A stretch of 64,000 bases of DNA, taken from contig CAYJLK010000002.1 in the NCBI GenBank assembly GCA_964371445.1, positions 43,718 through 107,717 of the forward strand, in the 5' to 3' direction. This DNA is from an uncultured Candidatus Saccharibacteria bacterium. GTDB lineage: Bacteria > Patescibacteriota > Minisyncoccia > Phycocordibacterales > Phycocordibacteraceae. A program made the translations under genes and the position numbers. The notes below the pieces were generated by a model, which worked only from the letters and a program-made list of their open reading frames with translations, was not told the DNA's origin and ran no database searches. Below, piece after piece: positions 59,166 to 64,000 of the stretch; within the stretch, counting starts at the first letter, position 1; each line of letters begins with the position of its first letter.

Positions 59166-60992
59166 ATGGCACTCCTCGACTTTCTCAATCGTAAAAAAGA
59201 AGAAGAAGAAGAAGCGCCGGCGGTCATGCCGGTCTTGCCGAGAGACATCTACCGGCAGGGAGCGCTGAGCCTCGTTGACACTATCGCTCCGACGGCGCTG
59301 AAGATCAGCTCGCGCGAGCTCGAACTCGGAGAAAAATTCGTCCGCGCTTTTTACACTATCTCGTATCCTCGTTTCCTCTCCGACAGCTGGTTCTCGCCCA
59401 TCATCAATCTCGACAAAGTGCTTGATGTCTCTCTCTTCATCCACCCGGTAGAGACCGAACAGGCCCTGCGCGGCTTCCAGAAGAAGGTTGCCGAGGTCCA
59501 GAGCCAGATTAACGAGCGCGAAGCGAAGGGATTGGTGCGCGATCCGCTGCTTGATACGGCGTACCAAGATCTCGAGAGCCTGCGCGATAGCCTCCAGCAG
59601 GCGCAGGAAAAGCTCTTCGATGTCGGCCTCTACCTCGCGCTCTACGGCGACACGAAGGAGGAGATCGACCGGACCGAAGGCGATATCCGCGGTATCCTCG
59701 ACGCAAAGCTCGTCTATACGAAGCCGGCGTTGTTCCAACAGGAGCAGGGGTTCCGCTCATGCCTGCCCTTGGGTAGCGACGAGCTCCTCGTCAATTCGAA
59801 GTTGAATTCATCGCCGCTTTCTTCGATATTCCCGTTCGTTTCTTTCGACCTGACGAGCGACCGCGGCATCCTCTACGGCATCAACCGACACAATTCTTCG
59901 CTTATTCTCTTCGACCGCTTCTCGCTCGAGAACTACAATTCCGTCGTGTTTGCAAAGTCCGGTTCCGGCAAAAGCTACGCGACGAAGCTCGAGATCCTGC
60001 GCTCCCTGATGTTCGGCACCGACGTCATCGTCATCGATCCCGAACGCGAATACGAACAGCTCGCCGAAGCGACGGGCGGACGCTCATTCCACATCTCGCT
60101 CTCTTCCGAGCATCATATCAATCCGTTCGATCTCCCGCCGGTCAAGGAAGACGAGGATCCGAAGGATGTCCTGCGCTCCAACATCATCGCGCTTGTCGGA
60201 CTCTTCCGCATCATGCTCTCGGGACTCTCTCCCGAAGAAGACGCGATCATCGACCGCGCCATAAGTGAAACGTACGCGCTCAAAGACATCACCGGCGATT
60301 CCGACTTTACCGGCGCCGAACCGCCGCTGCTCTCCGATTTCGAACAGGTGCTCTCCGGCATGGAGGGAAGCGAATCGCTGGTCGAGCGCCTCTCGAAATA
60401 TACTCGCGGGTCGTGGTCGGGATTCCTTAATCAGCCAACCAACATCGACCTGAAACAGCAGTTCGCCGTCTTCTCGGTGCGCGATATGGAGGACGAGCTG
60501 AAACCAGTCGCGATGTATATCGTCACGCACTACATCTGGAATGCGGTACGGCACGAGATGAAGAAGCGGCTCCTTATCATCGACGAGGCGTGGTGGATGA
60601 TGAAGAGCGACGACACCGCCTCCTTCCTCTACTCGCTTGCGAAGCGCGGAAGAAAATATTATCTGGGCGTCTGTACCATCACGCAGGATGTCGAGGACTT
60701 CTTGAAGAGCCCGTACGGTCGGCCGATCCTTACCAACTCCTCTATCCAGTTATTGTTGAAACAGTCGCCGACGACCATCGACGTGCTCCAACAGACCTTC
60801 AATCTTACCGATGAGGAAAAATATCTTCTGCTCGAGGCTGGCGTCGGGGAAGGGCTCTTCTTTGCAGGATTGAAGCATGTCGCCATCAAGGTCGTCGCGA
60901 GCTATACCGAGGACCAGATTATTACCTCTGATCCTTCCCAGCTGATCGCCATTAAGCAAGAGAAGGATCGGTATGCCGCAGAAAAGAAATAG
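59166..60992 (+). CDS. VirB4/TraC-like ATPase
   Basis: Walker A AKSGSGKS, VIDPEREY, Walker B IIDEAW, KRGRKY and TQD. Confidence 0.9.
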   Translation: MALLDFLNRKKEEEEEAPAVMPVLPRDIYRQGALSLVDTIAPTALKISSRELELGEKFVRAFYTISYPRFLSDSWFSPIINLDKVLDVSLFIHPVETEQALRGFQKKVAEVQSQINEREAKGLVRDPLLDTAYQDLESLRDSLQQAQEKLFDVGLYLALYGDTKEEIDRTEGDIRGILDAKLVYTKPALFQQEQGFRSCLPLGSDELLVNSKLNSSPLSSIFPFVSFDLTSDRGILYGINRHNSSLILFDRFSLENYNSVVFAKSGSGKSYATKLEILRSLMFGTDVIVIDPEREYEQLAEATGGRSFHISLSSEHHINPFDLPPVKEDEDPKDVLRSNIIALVGLFRIMLSGLSPEEDAIIDRAISETYALKDITGDSDFTGAEPPLLSDFEQVLSGMEGSESLVERLSKYTRGSWSGFLNQPTNIDLKQQFAVFSVRDMEDELKPVAMYIVTHYIWNAVRHEMKKRLLIIDEAWWMMKSDDTASFLYSLAKRGRKYYLGVCTITQDVEDFLKSPYGRPILTNSSIQLLLKQSPTTIDVLQQTFNLTDEEKYLLLEAGVGEGLFFAGLKHVAIKVVASYTEDQIITSDPSQLIAIKQEKDRYAAEKK

Positions 60993-61635
60993 CGCCGAGC
61001 CACCGAAGGTGATGACCTGGGGAAAGGCAGCACCGATTCTTGCTGTGTGTGTCATCTTCGACGCGCTGCGCCTCATGTTCGAAATGTTCTGGTTCTTCGG
61101 ACCGGCGATGGCCGCCCTCTACTGCACCGTTAAGGTGAGCGGGGTGGTCGGAACGACCTTGGGAGGATTTGCCTGCGGTGTCGGCGCTACGGTGGCGGGA
61201 ACCCTCGGAGCTCCCGCCATAGAGGTTTTCGGCGTCGTGATGGCGATAGCTGTCGGACTCTTCGGATGGCTCGTCATCGGACTCTGGCTCATGGTAACGA
61301 ACGCGCGCATTTTCAAAGAGAATGCCGCCTGGTTTGCCGGTAGTCTCCTCATAAGCGAGATACCTATTGTCGGTTCGATACCCGCACTTACCATCATCGT
61401 CTGGAAAATGTACCGCACGCAAATCACGCTAGAAAAAGCCGAGATGCAGCGCTATGAACAGGAGCGAGCCGCTGCCGAACGGCAGGAGCGCGAACAACGA
61501 ATCGCCCTCGTACTCCACAACCAATCACTGCAACAAGCGCAGATCGAGCAGGAAGAGGCGGCGGACGATGCGCTCTCTGCCGAAGCCGCAAATGATGATG
61601 AATATATCCCCCAAAAGATGAGAGAGGCGGCGTGA
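60973..61635 (+). CDS. Membrane protein with charged coiled-coil tail
   Basis: Several Gly-rich hydrophobic segments; overlaps virB4. Confidence 0.8.
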   Translation: MPQKRNSAEPPKVMTWGKAAPILAVCVIFDALRLMFEMFWFFGPAMAALYCTVKVSGVVGTTLGGFACGVGATVAGTLGAPAIEVFGVVMAIAVGLFGWLVIGLWLMVTNARIFKENAAWFAGSLLISEIPIVGSIPALTIIVWKMYRTQITLEKAEMQRYEQERAAAERQEREQRIALVLHNQSLQQAQIEQEEAADDALSAEAANDDEYIPQKMREAA

Positions 61636-61664
61636 CCTCTTGCAAGAGGCGCTATACTAGACGC

Positions 61665-62663
61665 ATGCGTTCTGGTCTCCTCACCATTCTCACTGCCGCC
61701 CTCATGCTCCCCGGTATAGCTGCCGCCCAGGTGTTTGCCGACCTGGGAATAAGCGACACCGCGTCCTTCAATCTCTCCGCCATTCCTCAGTACCCGGTGC
61801 CCTACGGCAAGGTGTCCCTCTCCTTCCTTTCAGGTTCTATCGAGCTAACGAGCGCGACCTTGACCGTTTCCGCAAACGGAAAAGACATATACCGAGGCTC
61901 GGTACAGCCGGTCTCTGTCACGCTCGGAAAGGCGGGGAGCGTAACAAATGTGACGGCGATTATATCTGCCGGCGGCGAGAAATACACTCAGACACTCCGC
62001 ATCCAACCCCAAGACGTCGCGCTCATCGCCGAACCGATCTCCTTCGCGCCCCCGCTCTATCCCGGGAAACCGCTCGTACCACTCGACGGGACTGTGCGCG
62101 TCGTCGCTATGGCGAATCTGAAAAATGTCAGCGGAAAGTCGCTCGACCCCGCGACACTCTCCTACGCATGGGTCGTCGACAACATGCAGATCGCAAACTC
62201 CTCGGGCATCGGCAAGACGGCAATCATGGTCGCCTCGCCGCTTCAGTACCGCAGTCGCGATGTTGCGGTCTCGGTCATGAGCGCCGACGGGAGCCACGTC
62301 GGGGGCGCATCGCTCTCGCTCTCGTCCCTCGAGCCTTCGATACGCCTCTATGAAAATGACCCCTTGCTCGGCATTCGTTTCAACCGCGCCCTTTCGGGCG
62401 CATACTCCATCATGAACGCCGAGTCTTCGCTCTATGCCGCTCCATTTTCGCTCCCGACCCAGCGTGGAGCGCCGCTTATCCAGTGGTTCTTAAACGGAGA
62501 ACCAGCACAGACTGGCGGCTCCATAACCCTGCGACCGACGGGAAGCGGGCAGGGGAGCGCCTCGCTCTCGCTCACTGCCTCCTCAGGGGAGTATGCAAAG
62601 GCGACTGCGAACCTCTCCCTCAAGTTCGGTGAAAAACCCGAATTTAATTTCTTCGGATTATGA
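61665..62663 (+). CDS. Secreted Ig/PKD-like beta-sandwich protein
   Basis: Signal peptide ending AAA-Q; LSYAW and IQWFLNG strand patterns. Confidence 0.75.
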   Translation: MRSGLLTILTAALMLPGIAAAQVFADLGISDTASFNLSAIPQYPVPYGKVSLSFLSGSIELTSATLTVSANGKDIYRGSVQPVSVTLGKAGSVTNVTAIISAGGEKYTQTLRIQPQDVALIAEPISFAPPLYPGKPLVPLDGTVRVVAMANLKNVSGKSLDPATLSYAWVVDNMQIANSSGIGKTAIMVASPLQYRSRDVAVSVMSADGSHVGGASLSLSSLEPSIRLYENDPLLGIRFNRALSGAYSIMNAESSLYAAPFSLPTQRGAPLIQWFLNGEPAQTGGSITLRPTGSGQGSASLSLTASSGEYAKATANLSLKFGEKPEFNFFGL

Positions 62664-63544
62664 ACCCCGTTAGAAATCACGAACAAAATATGAAAGATAA
62701 AAATGTGGCAGGAAGTCGCATGGGTTCTATTTCTAACGGGGTGAAGAAAACGACGCTCATTCTCTCTGTTCTCTCATTTTTCGCGCTCGCCTCGACCGCC
62801 TTTGCACAAGGATTCGTCCCGCTCGCACCGATACCCGGTCTCACCGAGGGCGCGACAGCAGACACGGCTGGTCTCGCGAACTTCTTCAACAACCTCTACA
62901 AATATCTCATCGGTCTCGCTGCTGCGCTCGCTGTCATTGAAATCATCTGGGGCGGACTTGAAATATCGACACAGGATTCGGTGAGCAAGAATAAAGACGG
63001 GAAGGATCGTATCTATCAGGCGATCTTCGGCCTTGTCCTCGTCCTCTCGCCAGTGCTTGTCTTCTCCATCATCAATCCGAGTATTCTGAATCTCTCATTG
63101 AATCTCCAGAAGCTGGATACAGCATCCACAGCACCAAGTCCAGTACCAAGTGGAACGGGAACAGGGGACACAACCACAGCGACTGCAGCTGGATGCTCTG
63201 TGTCACTTAATCAAGGCGTTGTTGGTTGCCCGACTCAAGCAGCAGCTGATGCCTGGGTTAGTTCATGTTCGAACGGCACTGGGCGCGTGTATCTATCAAA
63301 TGAAGCTTCGTTACCTTATGCGGCAACCTGTAACGTCTTGCAACCATTTCGGGGAAACCAAAATTATACTGACAAGACAACGATCCCAGCAGGGCTGTGG
63401 TGTTTCAAGACCGAAGATGCCAACAAGCCCAACACTATTGTTTACACCTGCGGTGCAAGTAAAGACGCCTGCGACACCCTCGCTATGCGTCCTCCTCTAG
63501 GAGGACGTGTCTTCGCCGATTGTGCAAGCCCTCCTCCTAATTAA
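62660..63544 (+). CDS. VirB2/TrbC-like pilin fused to a Cys-rich C-terminal domain
   Basis: Signal peptide ending AFA-Q; FVPLAPIPG, IIWGG...GKDRIYQAIFGL...IINPSIL; start ATG 62660 or GTG 62741. Confidence 0.75.
   Translation: MNPVRNHEQNMKDKNVAGSRMGSISNGVKKTTLILSVLSFFALASTAFAQGFVPLAPIPGLTEGATADTAGLANFFNNLYKYLIGLAAALAVIEIIWGGLEISTQDSVSKNKDGKDRIYQAIFGLVLVLSPVLVFSIINPSILNLSLNLQKLDTASTAPSPVPSGTGTGDTTTATAAGCSVSLNQGVVGCPTQAAADAWVSSCSNGTGRVYLSNEASLPYAATCNVLQPFRGNQNYTDKTTIPAGLWCFKTEDANKPNTIVYTCGASKDACDTLAMRPPLGGRVFADCASPPPN
62664..62742. mobile_element. 79-bp MITE-like element in the pilin start codon
   Basis: 14-bp perfect TIR ACCCCGTTAGAAAT/ATTTCTAACGGGGT; GA direct repeat. Confidence 0.75.
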
Positions 63545-63546
63545 AT

Positions 63547-64000
63547 ATGCGCCGCTTACTTATCATTGCCGCAGTCGCGATACTCCTCCTCGGGCTTGGA
63601 ATTATCGCGTACTTCTATTTCTTCGCGGGCGGCTCGGCGGGCGTTGAGGTGACTGTGCCGAGTTCAAATGTCAGCCTTCCCTCGGCAGAGCAGGGGACAG
63701 CGCCCGCTACCGGCACAACTGCCGGCGGCGGCGGTACTCAAAACGAACCCACAAATGCGCCGGTAGCAGTCTCCGCGCGGCTGGTGAAGATAAGCGCCGG
63801 ACCGGTCGTGCCGGGAGCAGCCGTGGTAAGCAAGACAAGAAATGCCAGCTCCACGCCCTCCTCGACGTCGCCCGGGACGAGCGACACGACCGTCACCTAC
63901 ATCGAGCGGACAAGCGGTAATGTATTCTCCTATTCCACGAACACAAAAACGTCTACGCGCACCAGCAATAAAACAATTCCGGGCATTCAATCCGCCGCAT
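63547..64000 (+). CDS. Membrane-anchored hypothetical protein (partial)
   Basis: Not in ORF track. MRRLLIIAAVAILLLGLGIIAYFYFF followed by a Ser/Thr/Gly-rich region, open to the window end. Confidence 0.8.
   Translation, partial: MRRLLIIAAVAILLLGLGIIAYFYFFAGGSAGVEVTVPSSNVSLPSAEQGTAPATGTTAGGGGTQNEPTNAPVAVSARLVKISAGPVVPGAAVVSKTRNASSTPSSTSPGTSDTTVTYIERTSGNVFSYSTNTKTSTRTSNKTIPGIQSAA

Overview
Core chromosomal segment of a reduced-genome bacterium. Gene content points to Patescibacteria/CPR, probably Parcubacteria (inference): uL30 is absent from the spc operon, ribosomal proteins carry extensions, and type IV pilus/competence and VirB4-PrgI genes lie among housekeeping genes. Standard genetic code. 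1-16.7 kb holds the str, S10 and spc ribosomal clusters on the minus strand (rpsL to a partial secY), broken by small orphan ORFs. 16.7-22.5 kb is a four-gene envelope operon with a VirB6/TrbL-like protein. 22.5-43 kb is housekeeping (rsmA, pcrA, M23 peptidase, comM, dksA-like, rpsO, xer, xth, cca, four tRNAs, rarA, hup, rny, clpP, ppa, nusA). 43-57 kb holds pilB/pilC/minor pilins, tpiA, pgk, recJ, rnhA, comEC, sod and rpmB. 58-64 kb is a PrgI/VirB4/VirB2-pilin T4SS-like operon running off the end. Main non-obvious signals: (1) three 72-80 bp inverted-repeat elements with 2-bp target duplications, each inserted in a start codon (ppa, pilC, VirB2-like pilin) while leaving a usable start; (2) a parS cluster plus DnaA boxes at 32.9-34.3 kb, a candidate oriC with no dnaA or parAB in the window; (3) a 6S-RNA-like rod upstream of rny; (4) palindromes read in frame inside comEC, rpsC and pgk; (5) a shared 21-22 nt motif upstream of fusA and a NYN gene; (6) near-leaderless starts for many core genes. 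All calls come from reading the sequence by eye; no database searches were run.
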